Shown in pieces: positions 1 to 11,335 of a stretch of DNA of 46,221 nucleotides. Numbering within the stretch: the first letter of the stretch is position 1; every line of letters begins with the position of its first letter. The notes below the pieces were generated by a model. That model saw only the letters and a program-made list of their open reading frames with translations, made no database searches and had not been told where the DNA came from. Where the stretch lies: positions 1-46,221 of the forward strand of contig NW_013546545.1 of the NCBI RefSeq assembly GCF_000760515.2, written 5' to 3'. Made by a program: the position numbers and the translations under genes. The stretch comes from Mitosporidium daphniae. Taxonomy: Eukaryota.

Positions 1-624
1 TTATGAAACTTTTATATCGATCTCAGATGCACCCTTCCCTCTTAGCAGTAGATAGAGCTGTGTTTGCTGTTTATTCTGGATCATCAAGAATCCAAAGAAA
101 TGGGTTGATATTGAAATGGCATGCATGCTTTGCACAAATGTTCAAGAAAAATAGGAATTAAATGATCCTTAATAATATTCTATTGTATCGTTCTTTTCAG
201 AAAAATTCTGGGGTGCTTTTAATTCTCGAGAATTTGCAAGCGATTGTCACATATGATTTCTGGAATGAATTATTTATTCCAAATATAATCAACTTTTATA
301 TGATTTTTTGCACGGTTTGTATATATTTCCCAGATCTGAACAGCAGAAATTTATGGAGAAAAGCAAAAGCTCGATAAAAAAGTTACTGAAGCAGAGAAAT
401 TGACATTTAAGCTCATGAAAGTCAAGAATCTTGAAGTAATTTGGCATCAAACAGTCAATCCATGCACTACGCAGTTGGGCTTTAACATTTGACCATAAAT
501 CCGGGTTTTGTAAGTTATTAGCTGCAAATATCACGACAGCGCCAATATAACAATGATCCTTACCGTCACCTTTATGTTGAGATTCATTATTGAAAAATAA
601 TTTATTATTAAACTGTTTAAGCAA

Positions 625-3258
625 TTATTTAGCTTTAGGCTTCCATTTGGCAATTTGCGAAAGAATCCGTTTTTTAAATTCAACGATAGAGGTATCTTTA
701 GAAAATTTAGAAAGAGAACCAAGCCAAGCGTGTATTAGTGGAATGGTCTCCAGAAAGGTTGCAAAAACCTCACTTGAGCAATAATTTAACACAAACGACA
801 AAATCGAAAACACTCTGGAATAAAAAGCGAGTGATTTTTTAAGCAATTGCTTCTCATTAGAATTTTTACGTAGCAAAAAGGAAATGTTTTTCAACGATGC
901 ATCAAATATTTCCATCTGTTCGTCTGAAATCGACTCTAAAGGGATATCTGAGCACTCGGACCCCCCAAAAGAACTGTTGACAGGCAATACGGTTAGAAAA
1001 GGACTGTTACTAACGATGGATGGTGAGGATGAATTGTCAACAGGCACATTTTGGTCCGTATAGTCATCCGAGTTAAGGCCCTCCGAAACAGCATCATCAT
1101 AATTGTCGCTATCAAAATTTTCTCCATCACTATATTCGTCTTCAATTTCGTCTAGAGGGCTTGTCAAGGCTTGGACCAAAAGATCAACAGAACTAGCAGC
1201 AAAGTTTTCTTTCCAGCAGATAATTGTAACATATATCGGTCCTTCAAGGAGCGAAAATTCGATCGACAGCGAGGCCAGTACTATATCAACTAATTGGTCA
1301 ACCAATGGAATCCGTAATTGATCTATCTTTTTTGACTCGGAATTATTTAACAACGAAGCAAGGTCATTGATCATATCAAATAGCTGTTGATGGTCTCTGG
1401 ACGGGTAAAGAGCAACCGAAACATAATATAATAGCTTAAGACACGAGTTGAAAAGGCTGATTGAAAGCAATTTGGATGAAGTCAATGGGACGTGGATCTT
1501 CTTCAGTTTAATGGTAGATAAGGAATCAAACGACTTTAACAAGCAGGCATTCAAGGAATTTATCAAGCCAATGTTAATGAGAAGCTCCTTTTCAGAAGAA
1601 CAATATTCCAAGCTTTTATGAGACATTGAGCTTAGAAGAAAAACGGATGAAAGAAGCTGCTTAAATCGATTGAAACATTCATATTTTGCTTCAACTTCAA
1701 TTGAATTGTGAGAAAGGACTTTTAGGATACAATTCCAAAGCTCCATAATGAGACTGTGCAGTGAAGATTTTTCTAGAGACTTTTTGTTCTGTATGAGAAA
1801 CCCAAATATAAACTTGAGTTTGTGGTTGAGTTCATTAAGGATGATCTTTTCCGAATCTAAATCCAACAAAAGCCCGTTAATCAATTGTGACAAATCATCA
1901 GAGGAAGATGAAGTAATTAGAAGGTTGGTAAAAAGAGATTTCCATAGTTTAGAGGCAGCAGATGGTTGAATGGTCCAAAAGGTTCGATTTTGCTCCATTG
2001 CTAATGTAAAGGTCCTACAGGCATCCTTTGGCAGTTTTTCAGCCATCAAAAATATGCTGGCAAGAATTTCAGTGGCTACGGCTTTTAAAACAGACTCTTT
2101 AAACGAGATCGTTTCCCTAAATAACCGGTGCAGCAAATTGTGATGCTTTTGGGCTTTGCCTTTTAATCCCCAACAGATGGAAATCACTTCAGAAGCCCTT
2201 TCAGAAGAGAGGCGACAACAATCTTCCATAATGTGCAAAGTAATATGAAGCGCAGAAAAATTTTTACCATGACTTTTTGATAGAATAAAGTCTGAAAGAA
2301 TAATCTTTTCCCAAAAAGAGCGAAAAATATCAATTGACGTAGAAAGCAAAAAGCTAATTAGGTACTTAAATATTGGATGTATCTGCGGGGTATCCCTGTG
2401 AAACCCAATTGAACCATAAATAGCTTCATCCATACATGCTTGTATCAATACCGTTTGTGACGGAAAAGCTTGGTTTTTTTTAGAAAATATCGAGAACGAC
2501 GCGAGTATAACATAAAAATGATCAAGAGTTTTGATTTCCGTCGCGAAAAGAAGATCTGTAAATGAAGGTTCTTTAAGAAAATCAAACGGCACTTGAAGTA
2601 TGATGTCAACAAAAACATTAGCAAAGCCAAGGCTAAGGTATGACTTAGCAGGCATGCATTCATAAAGAATGTGGGATAACAATGCTTTTAACAGGGAAGG
2701 ATTACTAATTTCACTGAATAACTTTGCTCTAATGCAACTGACCAGCAAGCAAATTCTCCCAAGCAGCCAATCGTGTGAATTATTGGTCTCATGGGGTCCT
2801 AAGGGAGACACGCCAAGCTTAAAAAACATTGCGTACATAATAACACGAAGAGGAATATAATGCGGAATTTTTCGCAGGACAGCCGTAAGGCATGTAGCAA
2901 AAGAAGATCTGACCTGAGAATGATTAGAGGCCAATCCAGAAACAAGCCGAGACAGTCCGTATATTAAATCAGGACATGCCACTTCATCCCATGATTGATG
3001 TTTTTCAAGTGCATACTCGTGCAGCTTTGATGAGTCCAGAAGAGGGGTTGAAGACCATTCGTAGAATGTTTTATAAATGGGGGAATCTTCAAATGCACTA
3101 AGATCTTGGTACCCTTTTTGCTTTATAAAGTCAATCTGGTTGTTTATAAGCAATTCAACCAATTTCTTACACGCTTCCAACTGTTTCACCGGCTTAACAG
3201 CGCGAACATTAAGTGCATTAAATAATCCAGTAATCTTAAGTTCGCTATTTTGGACCAT
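625..3258 (-). CDS. POL5: DNA polymerase phi / Pol5 (MYBBP1A-like) nucleolar ARM-repeat protein
   Basis: 877-aa ORF. YGLSRLVSGLASNHSQVRSSFATCL matches the Pol5/MYBBP1A N-terminal motif. An acidic tract is followed by ISDEQMEIFDASLKNI, like the family DExMxxxDxxL motif. Confidence 0.8.
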   Translation of the reverse strand: MVQNSELKITGLFNALNVRAVKPVKQLEACKKLVELLINNQIDFIKQKGYQDLSAFEDSPIYKTFYEWSSTPLLDSSKLHEYALEKHQSWDEVACPDLIYGLSRLVSGLASNHSQVRSSFATCLTAVLRKIPHYIPLRVIMYAMFFKLGVSPLGPHETNNSHDWLLGRICLLVSCIRAKLFSEISNPSLLKALLSHILYECMPAKSYLSLGFANVFVDIILQVPFDFLKEPSFTDLLFATEIKTLDHFYVILASFSIFSKKNQAFPSQTVLIQACMDEAIYGSIGFHRDTPQIHPIFKYLISFLLSTSIDIFRSFWEKIILSDFILSKSHGKNFSALHITLHIMEDCCRLSSERASEVISICWGLKGKAQKHHNLLHRLFRETISFKESVLKAVATEILASIFLMAEKLPKDACRTFTLAMEQNRTFWTIQPSAASKLWKSLFTNLLITSSSSDDLSQLINGLLLDLDSEKIILNELNHKLKFIFGFLIQNKKSLEKSSLHSLIMELWNCILKVLSHNSIEVEAKYECFNRFKQLLSSVFLLSSMSHKSLEYCSSEKELLINIGLINSLNACLLKSFDSLSTIKLKKIHVPLTSSKLLSISLFNSCLKLLYYVSVALYPSRDHQQLFDMINDLASLLNNSESKKIDQLRIPLVDQLVDIVLASLSIEFSLLEGPIYVTIICWKENFAASSVDLLVQALTSPLDEIEDEYSDGENFDSDNYDDAVSEGLNSDDYTDQNVPVDNSSSPSIVSNSPFLTVLPVNSSFGGSECSDIPLESISDEQMEIFDASLKNISFLLRKNSNEKQLLKKSLAFYSRVFSILSFVLNYCSSEVFATFLETIPLIHAWLGSLSKFSKDTSIVEFKKRILSQIAKWKPKAK

Positions 3259-3289
3259 TGCAAAAATTAAAAGTTTGTAAATTAAAATT

Positions 3290-3495
3290 TTATTCTAATT
3301 TTGAAGATTGAAGCAAATCACCCAAGTCCCTGTCCTTGTCTATGGCTAATGTATGTGGTCTTTCCTACCTTCCGGCTCATAAATAATGTTTCCGCTTTTA
3401 TCATAATATGTGGTTTCCGGATCTAAGCCTGAAGTTATAATTTGTGCTCGTGAATATTTGAGTTTCTGTGGCGCGTGCTCCTTGTTGCCGTCCAT
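3290..3495 (-). CDS. Small 60-aa protein, possibly a minimal Bud13/Cwc26-like protein; missed by the ORF track
   Basis: ATG at 3495, 23-nt GT-AG intron at 3346-3368, TAA at 3290-3292. Translation MDGNKEHAPQKLKYSRAQIITSGLDPETTYYDKSGNIIYEPEAIDKDRDLGDLLQSSKLE; it fills the POL5-LSC1 gap. Confidence 0.5.
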
Positions 3496-3535
3496 TGCAG
3501 ATGTTTGTACAAAAAAGCCAAAATGCTCTATTTAT

Positions 3536-4660
3536 TTAAATTTTTGACGAATTTTTGCCCATCTCCCTTGCCATCAACTCCCCAATGATTGCAGGAGATT
3601 TGGCAACAATAACACCCACCGATTCCAAAGCGGCAATTTTTTCTACAGCACCACCTTTCCCGCCAGAGATTATGGCCCCGGCATGCCCTAAAAAAAGCAA
3701 CCATCTGATACCCATGCGTCTACCTGGGGGCGCTGTTTGTCCCGCAATAAAAGATACGATAGGTTTTGCATTTGGTCGAGAAAAGTTGAACTTTTTTAAA
3801 TATTCAGCTGCTTCTTCCTCGGCTGATCCTCCGATTTCACCAATCAGGACAATTCCTACTCTTAAGCATGAGAATTCAAACCTTTAGTTTCTGGGTCATC
3901 CAGAAATAGCTTTAAACAATCAACAAAGGACGTTCCATTGAAAGGGTCTCCGCCAATTCCAATGCATAAAGATTGTCCCAGGCCAACCTGAGTTGTTTGG
4001 GCGACAGCTTCATAGGTTAAGGTGCCGGATCTGGAAACAATGCCTAATTTTGATTGAAAGGATTCACACTTACCTACAGAGCCTTTTTTATGAATAAACC
4101 CTGGCATAATGCCGATTTTGCACTCTCCTGGCTTAATGACTCCCGGACAATTCGGACCAAGAAGCCTTGAGGCCCCTTGTTCTCGCAAGATTTTCCAGAT
4201 CCTAACCATGTCTTGCTGGGGAATTCCTTCAGTGATTGCAACAATTAAAGGTATTTCTGCCTCAATGGCCTCAACAATGGCGGACATAGCACCGGAGGGA
4301 GGCACATATATTACTGTGGCGTCTGGATTTAGGTATTTTTTAGCCTCCAAAACGGTGCCATACACAGGAAGTCCAAGATGAATAGTTCCAGCTTTTGATG
4401 GTGAAACACCGCCGACAAGCTTAGTACCGTACGAAAGAGATTGTTCCGAATGGAAGGTGCCCTAAACGTATATTGGCCAAATCTACCTGTTTGCCCGTAA
4501 AGCCTTGGCAAATAACCCTAGTTGAGGAATTTATTGCAAGGTTCGAAACGGTCTTTTCATAAATTACCTTGCGGCTACATGCATTCAGATTTGTAACTGA
4601 AGAACTTGCGGGGACACCTGCATAGAATGCTCTCGAAATAGACTTTAAATAGATGGACAT
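3536..4660 (-). CDS. LSC1: Succinyl-CoA ligase alpha subunit, mitochondrial (339 aa, 4 introns)
   Basis: Motifs [30 protein letters not shown] and RRMGHAGA. Introns 4462-4486, 4044-4073, 3856-3881 and 3688-3711 give a continuous conserved protein. Confidence 0.96.
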
Positions 4661-5013
4661 TAGGGAAAAATAAAATTGAGCTGGATAATTTATTAATCAA
4701 TAAAAAAGGTTCACCATCTACTTTGGTGCATGTGTTACGCAAAATACGGTGTATTAAAAAGGTATCTAAAGGATTAGCATATCATGTTTGCGAAATATAC
4801 GCGTATATGAAAATATGCGCCAAATTGACGCTAGTAGACAACTTCAAAAGACGGCCCAATTTGGCTTTATTAGGCAACTTGAAAAGATGGCCCAAATTGT
4901 TGACTTTAAATTGCATATTCATACTAACCCTAGTTCCTTGCTATTCGCACGAAGGCATTTAACAGGAACTTTCTTTTAATTTCGTTCATACATTTCATCC
5001 ATTACTTTTAAGC

Positions 5014-7607
5014 ATGGTAGGTTATCATCTTTGCATTTGTTTTCACTTTGCTCCCTCTTTATAACAAATTCTTATGGATTTTAGGTTAATTTCACAATCG
5101 ATCAAATTCGTGCCCTAATGGACAAGAGGACAAACATCAGAAACATGTCCGTCATTGCCCATGTTGATCATGGAAAGTCCACCCTTACCGATTCTCTTCT
5201 CATGAAAGCTGGAATCATTTCCTTACAGAAAGCTGGAGACGCCCGTGCCACTGATACTCGTGCCGATGAACAGGAACGTGGTATTACCATTAAAAGCACA
5301 GCTATCTCTTTGTATTTTGAGCTTTCCGAAGCTTTCATGTCCGATGTAAAGCAAGTTACTGACGGCAGAGATTTCTTAATCAACCTTATCGATTCTCCAG
5401 GGCACGTAGATTTCTCTTCTGAAGTTACGGCTGCTCTTCGTGTAACCGACGGTGCCTTGGTGGTTGTAGATACCGTTGAAGGTGTGTGTGTGCAGACTGA
5501 AACCGTTTTAAGACAAGCTCTTACTGAACGTATCAAACCAGTACTCATCATTAACAAGGTCGATCGCGCACTCTTGGAGCTCCAGCTGCCACCAGAAGAA
5601 CTTTACCAAACATTCCTCCGTGTTATTGAAAGTGTCAATGTCATTGTTTCCACCTACAATGATGCTGCTCTTGGAGACTGTCAGTTGTACCCGGACAAAG
5701 GAAACATCGCTTTTGGATCTGGTCTCCACGGATGGGCATTTACTCTTCTTCAATTCGCAGAGCTCTATTCTAAAAAGTTTGGTGTCGATAAGGAGAAAAT
5801 GATGGAACGTCTTTGGGGTGACAATTATTATAACCCAAAGACCCGTAAATGGACCAAAAATGGCGTCGATGAAGATGGCAAGCCCCTACAACGTGGATTT
5901 TGTATGTTCGTTTTGGAACCCATCTACAAGATCTTCGAAAGCGTAAAAAACGGCAGCAAAGAAGCCATTGTTGACATGATGGCTAAGCTTAACGCTACTC
6001 TGACTCCTGATGAATCGGAAATGCAAGGAAAGGAGCTTTTAAAGACGGTTATGAGAAAATGCTTCCCCGCTGCTGACGCTCTTCTTGGAATGATGATCAT
6101 CCATTTGCCCTCGCCTCTTACTGCCCAAAAGTATCGTTCTGAGATTTTGTATGAGGGACCGCAAGATGATGAGTGTGCAAAGGCTATTGCCAACTGCGAT
6201 CCAAATGGTCCCCTGATGTTGTACGTCTCCAAAATGGTTCCCACTTCTGACAAGGGAAGGTTTTTCGCTTTTGGTCGCGTGTTTTCTGGAAAAGTTGCTT
6301 CTGGCATGAAGGTTCGCATTCAAGGCCCAAATTACGAGCCCGGTAAAAAAGATGATCTGTTCTTAAAGAGTATTCAGCGCACCGTCCTCATGATGGCCTC
6401 CAAAGTCGAGCCAATCGAGGACTGTCCCGCCGGAAACATTGTCGGTCTTGTTGGTATTGACCAATATCTTCTTAAATCTGGAACGATCACCACGTCCGAG
6501 ACTGCCTACAACCTCAAGGTCATGAAGTTTTCTGTCTCCCCCGTTGTTCAAGTTGCCGTTGATGTGAAGAATACAAATGATTTGCCAAAACTTGTTGAGG
6601 GTCTTAAGCGCCTTTCCAAGTCTGATCCGTGTGTGCAATGCATAACAAATGAATCTGGAGAACACATTGTCGCCGGCGCAGGAGAACTACATCTTGAGAT
6701 TTGCTTAAAGGATTTGGAAGAGGATCATGCCTGTGTCGCGATAAAGGTTTCTCCCCCTGTTGTTTCTTATCGTGAAACCGTTACTGCCCTCTCGGCTGTT
6801 GCTCTTTCAAAGTCTCCCAATGCACACAACAGAATCTATCTAACTGCTGAACCAATCGACAATGAGCTTTGCATAGACATCGATGCCAAGAGAGTTACCT
6901 CAAAAGACGATTTTAAGATTCGCGCTCGCTACCTTTCTGAAACTTATAATTGGCAAGTTGAGGATGCCCGTAAAATTTGGTCCTTCGGTCCTGAAGCAGT
7001 TGGCCCAAATGTATTGGTTGACATGACAAAAGGTGTTCAATACCTCAATGAAATCAAGGATTCATGTACTTCTGCCTTCCAGGGAGCCACAAAGGAAGGT
7101 GTTTTGTGTGAAGAGAATCTCAGAGGCTGTCGCTTCAATTTGATTGATGTCACTATGCATGCTGATTCCATTCATCGCGGAGCAGGACAGATTGTCCCCA
7201 CTATGCGTCGCGCAATTTATGCTGCTTCTTTGATGGGAAAGCCTGCTATCATGGAGCCTGTTTATCTTGTTGAAATCCAATGTCCCCAGACTGCCATGGG
7301 TGGTATTTATGGCGTCCTCAATCGTCGCCGTGGACACGTATTTTTTGAGGAACAGCGCCCTGGAACTCCCCTCTTCTCCATTAAAGCATTTATGCCGGTT
7401 AACGAATCCTTTGGATTTACTGCAGATCTTCGTTCTCACACTGCCGGCCAAGCTTTTCCCCAGTGTGTGTTTGATCACTGGCAGCAATTTCCTGGAAGTC
7501 CCTTGGAGGCCAACTCGAAGATTTCGGTCATTGTCAAGGAGATCCGTCGTCGAAAGGGACTTTCTGAAGATATCCCGGCCTTGGATCGCTATTTGGACAA
7601 GTTGTAA
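5014..7607 (+). CDS. EFT2: Eukaryotic translation elongation factor 2 (841 aa)
   Basis: ATG at 5014 plus a 68-nt intron (5017-5084) gives [15 protein letters not shown]. Motifs [21 protein letters not shown] and diphthamide loop [11 protein letters not shown]. Confidence 0.98.
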
Positions 7608-7646
7608 TTTTCTTGATTCTTTACATAAAATTTACGATGCTTTATT

Positions 7647-8258
7647 TTATTTCCTTCCTAGAATAGTTCCCATTAATGAGATTACTGTTGAATATGCAAT
7701 GCCAAAACCATAGATAACGTGCAAAAAAAACTTGAGTATGGTTTGAAGGAATAGCAGGGCAATGGTCCCCAAACAAAGCAATATTATGGTTTTGTGATTT
7801 CTATAAAATCGAATCGAGTAAAGAGTCTTCTCAATCAGATTGAAAAATCTTGATTGCTGTATAGCTCCATTTTTAATATAAAAGAGATAGCCTGCAAAAA
7901 GAGCTGCTGGGACGAAATGAAGCAGCGGTATGCTTGAAGAAGGTGCTGGGGTAAGAATTGAGGTTGAATTGATAACGGGATTCTTTTCTGTATAAGCTGG
8001 AGAGCAATTTTGCGACTGTGTTAGGTCCTTTATTTTCAGTATGTTGTTATTACTATTACGATCCCGATTGTGACCTTTCCAACTATTCTGTAGAAAGATA
8101 TAACGAAGTTCCTTGTTTTGCAGTCGAGGTGGTTTTGTAAATAAAGCAATTAAAATCAATGACAATATAAAAAGCAAGGCAAGAATAAGCAACCGAGCTA
8201 TAATACCATTTCTGGGCATTATCTGGGAAAAATACGTTGTTTCTTCATCATAAACCAA
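7647..8258 (-). CDS. Hypothetical membrane protein (203 aa)
   Basis: Intact ORF with an N-terminal hydrophobic helix and further C-terminal hydrophobic segments; no family recognised. Confidence 0.6.
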   Translation of the reverse strand: MVYDEETTYFSQIMPRNGIIARLLILALLFILSLILIALFTKPPRLQNKELRYIFLQNSWKGHNRDRNSNNNILKIKDLTQSQNCSPAYTEKNPVINSTSILTPAPSSSIPLLHFVPAALFAGYLFYIKNGAIQQSRFFNLIEKTLYSIRFYRNHKTIILLCLGTIALLFLQTILKFFLHVIYGFGIAYSTVISLMGTILGRK

Positions 8259-8323
8259 TGAGCATTAGAAACCGGTAAATTAGAATCCGCTAAATTTTAA
8301 TTTTAACTTTTATTTTTTAATCG

Positions 8324-8951
8324 TTAATCGTAGTCCGTTTCATCAAAGGCAATTTCTGTGGAGGTCGTGGGTAGATGATCCAAGACTTCTTGACGGGTGG
8401 AAATAGAGTCTATGTTAATTTTTGAGCAAGGATCATTGCTCTGACTGGTGGCATTTACTTTTCTTGGTCTGCCCCGCTTCCCTTGAGTAGCAATACCGTC
8501 GACTTTGGGTCCTCCAACATGTGTCTTGCTGATATTTTCGATTGGTTTTTTTTTGGGAGTCTTTTCTTGGGTTGGTGGTGGTGGTGGTGCGTCAGCAGCT
8601 CCTTCTTCTGAGAAGGGACCCCCTTGGATTTTCTCGACCAAATGAACCAAGAACTCGTACATTTCTGTTGATGAAATTATTTCTTTCCTATAGATTAATA
8701 AATCATGTCAGCACATGTGTCGAGGATAAATTCTTTTGTGATTATTGGTGGATGCAAGATTGCAGGCATTCTCAATAAGGTCGGTCAGAAATCTCTCCAA
8801 TGCTTTAGCTATAAGGAAGGGTAAAAAGCACAGACATACCGACGAGAAAGGGTGTATCCACCGAGATTTTTCCAATCTCGTCATCCAGTTGCATAATTTT
8901 TTTAATTCGTGACACGGGTAAAGTAGTCAGATACTTTTTCTTTCTGGACAT
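8324..8951 (-). CDS. BUR6: Negative cofactor 2 alpha (DRAP1/Bur6), histone fold
   Basis: MSRKKKYLTTLPVSRIKKIMQLDDEIGKIS...AKALERFL...YEFLVHLVE, with introns at 8809-8839 and 8688-8714. Confidence 0.88.
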
Positions 8952-9298
8952 TATTGGCTGAAAATATTTTCCAAACTTGAACTGATGTAAATAATATTTA
9001 TTTATTTATTACAATGGGTACATTTTACCTGCAACTGCGGTGAAAAGTGTTTAATTGTGCCTTGTGCCACTTCCAAGCCAAGCAAGTAACGCCATATTCA
9101 GTGCTGTAACGGAAGGTCAGGTGTAAATGTAAAATTTCACTGTGGTTCAGCCTCAACGTTTATTGACGTGTTTCGCGAGTCGTTTGTGATCACGTTTCGG
9201 CTAGCATTTAAGTACCCCGAAATTCGTTTAACTCGCATGTATATTTTTTAGGACCGATTTTAGGATAGCCTGAAATACCAGCGAGGGCAGGCCATAAG

Positions 9299-10262
9299 CT
9301 AAGCAGATGCTTGTGTATCGATTATAGAGATATAATTTGACGGGAACAACCCAAATTTCCCGTTTCGTGTTCTACCATAAAGCCATGTTGGGTGGACAGA
9401 TAGCAATTGAGTGTCCAAATGCTGTTTAACACCATCAGAGTCTAAAATGGTGTGTGATTTAGGCACCTGGGTGATGGCAATCAGCTGGCCCTCTTCTAAT
9501 GAGGGAAAGTCACCATCTCTATTGGACGAAAATCCATGGATGACCTTTGCAAAAATTGGCGGCGATAATTTGACGAGTTCAGCAGCAGCTTCCAAAGCAT
9601 CAGGATCCCCGTCTAATTCATTAGAAAGGCTCTCTTCGGCAGCACCAAACAGAGACGCTTTCTTTCGCTTAAGAATGATGCCACATACTACCAAAAATAG
9701 GAAAATAACCCCAAGTGCACCCCCATTTCCGAGAACATTTGTGTGCACACTATTTATGGTCCTAGAATCCCAGATCTTTTCAAGAGAAGTGTAGAGGGAA
9801 GAGGAGGAGGAGGATGCTCTTTTTGCTCGAAGAAAATTAAGCCACCATTTTAAAAGACCAATTACAAAGCCTCTACACTTGGAAAGCACTTCATAGAGGC
9901 GATTCCAAAGAGACACAGCCATGGAGAGCGAGGTAGTCCACGTGTAGTACGTTCCATCAATCATTTGAGTCCAACTATAGAGCATTTGAATGACGTTTTC
10001 AAGGGCCATAGAAACATTTCGAGCGCTCTCTAATGGTCCTCGAATAACACCACTGGCATATGGTGCAGCATAGTATGCACCAAAGTTGGGTGCAACATTA
10101 GAGTCCCACATGCCTAGCTATGGAAGGTTCCATATACAAACCTTGATATTGAGGACGCTGTGGATGCCAAGCCACGTATGGGGTACTAAGGATTTCATGG
10201 GAGGATGGCAAAATGCCTGGTCGTCGAGGAAGAATCGGGATCTCCGTATCACCAGCAGTCAT
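9299..10262 (-). CDS. PEX13: Peroxin 13 (peroxisomal docking protein with C-terminal SH3)
   Basis: Pro-rich N-terminus (PILPRRP), 28-nt intron at 10114-10141, Pex13-like helix (LENVIQMLYSWTQMIDGTY), TM segment and SH3 (WLYGRTRNGKFGLFPSNY). Confidence 0.82.
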
Positions 10263-10414
10263 GCAACGATATCCAAAGTTAAAATTTAAATCTTCCCTGT
10301 AAATTTGTAAAGTGCCGAGGCAAATGTTTAAATTGTTAATAAAATCATACCGGGCACAAAATTAATCAATCAATTTGCAATTGGTGATTTGATCATTTTT
10401 GATTTACTAAGCAA

Positions 10415-11086
10415 ATGAAGGGATCTTTCCAGCATATCTGTTCCATAATCTTTGCCTTCAGTGCCTTGATCGCTTCTGCTTTGTCGTTCGAGCCCAACAA
10501 TAACATGTCTGAGATTACGCACAAGGTTTCTCTGGATATTAAACTTGGAAATGCTTCAATGGGATCCATCGTTATTGAACTTTATGGCAATGCTGCTCCG
10601 TTAACAGTCAACAATTTCATTCATCTTGTCAATCACACTTATGGTTATGGGTATTTTAACTCAACCTTTCATCGAGTCATTGAAAATTTCATGATACAGG
10701 GCGGCGACTTTACCAATGGAGACGGCACCGGAGGAAAATCCATTTATGGCCCTCGATTCAAAGACGAGAAATTTATTCATAAGCACTCGGGTCCGATGAT
10801 GTTGTCCATGGCCAATGCAGGGCCAGACACAAACGGATCTCAATTTTTTATCACCACTGCAGTTACACCCTGGCTCGATGGGAAGCATGTCGTTTTTGGT
10901 AAAGTGACCTCTGGCGAGGAGATAGTGCGCAAAATTGAAAAAACTCCTACCAACAGGAACAATAGACCTATCAAAGAAGTCACCATTTCCGGATGTAAGA
11001 TTCTCGAAGGCACCGTCTTGAGCCAGAGCACGATTGATTCATTGCTCGCCAAGACAGGTCAAACCTCCCAACATCGTGACTTGTAA
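10415..11086 (+). CDS. Secretory-pathway cyclophilin (cyclophilin B / Cpr5-like PPIase)
   Basis: Signal peptide; [43 protein letters not shown]-terminal HRDL. Confidence 0.95.
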   Translation: MKGSFQHICSIIFAFSALIASALSFEPNNNMSEITHKVSLDIKLGNASMGSIVIELYGNAAPLTVNNFIHLVNHTYGYGYFNSTFHRVIENFMIQGGDFTNGDGTGGKSIYGPRFKDEKFIHKHSGPMMLSMANAGPDTNGSQFFITTAVTPWLDGKHVVFGKVTSGEEIVRKIEKTPTNRNNRPIKEVTISGCKILEGTVLSQSTIDSLLAKTGQTSQHRDL

Positions 11087-11335
11087 TTTTTCAATTACGT
11101 GCGAATAAATCGATATGGAGGCTTCATATAAATAGAGCCCCACGGCTAAACTTGTGACAATTCATAATGTAAGGTGTCTGCTGCTGTTATCGCCCCCTTG
11201 GTTGCGATTGGTCTTCAAAGGACGTGTTATCAACTATTTGTGAAATTACTTATTAGCTATTCACTATGCTAGCCTGTGGTATTAAGAACCAGATATTAAC
11301 ACAGGACTCCTCAGAAATGAAAGGATTGGCAATTT

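Noticed and set aside
1..377. Gene at the left edge (ORFs 3-161 and 162-377)
   Set aside because: No recognisable motif and no consistent splice model on either strand.
9100..9280. RNase P RNA (GGAAGGTCAG resembles CR-I) or U1 snRNA (TTACCTG, GATCACG)
   Set aside because: There is no matching CR-V/P4 partner, and the U1-like words are too far apart.
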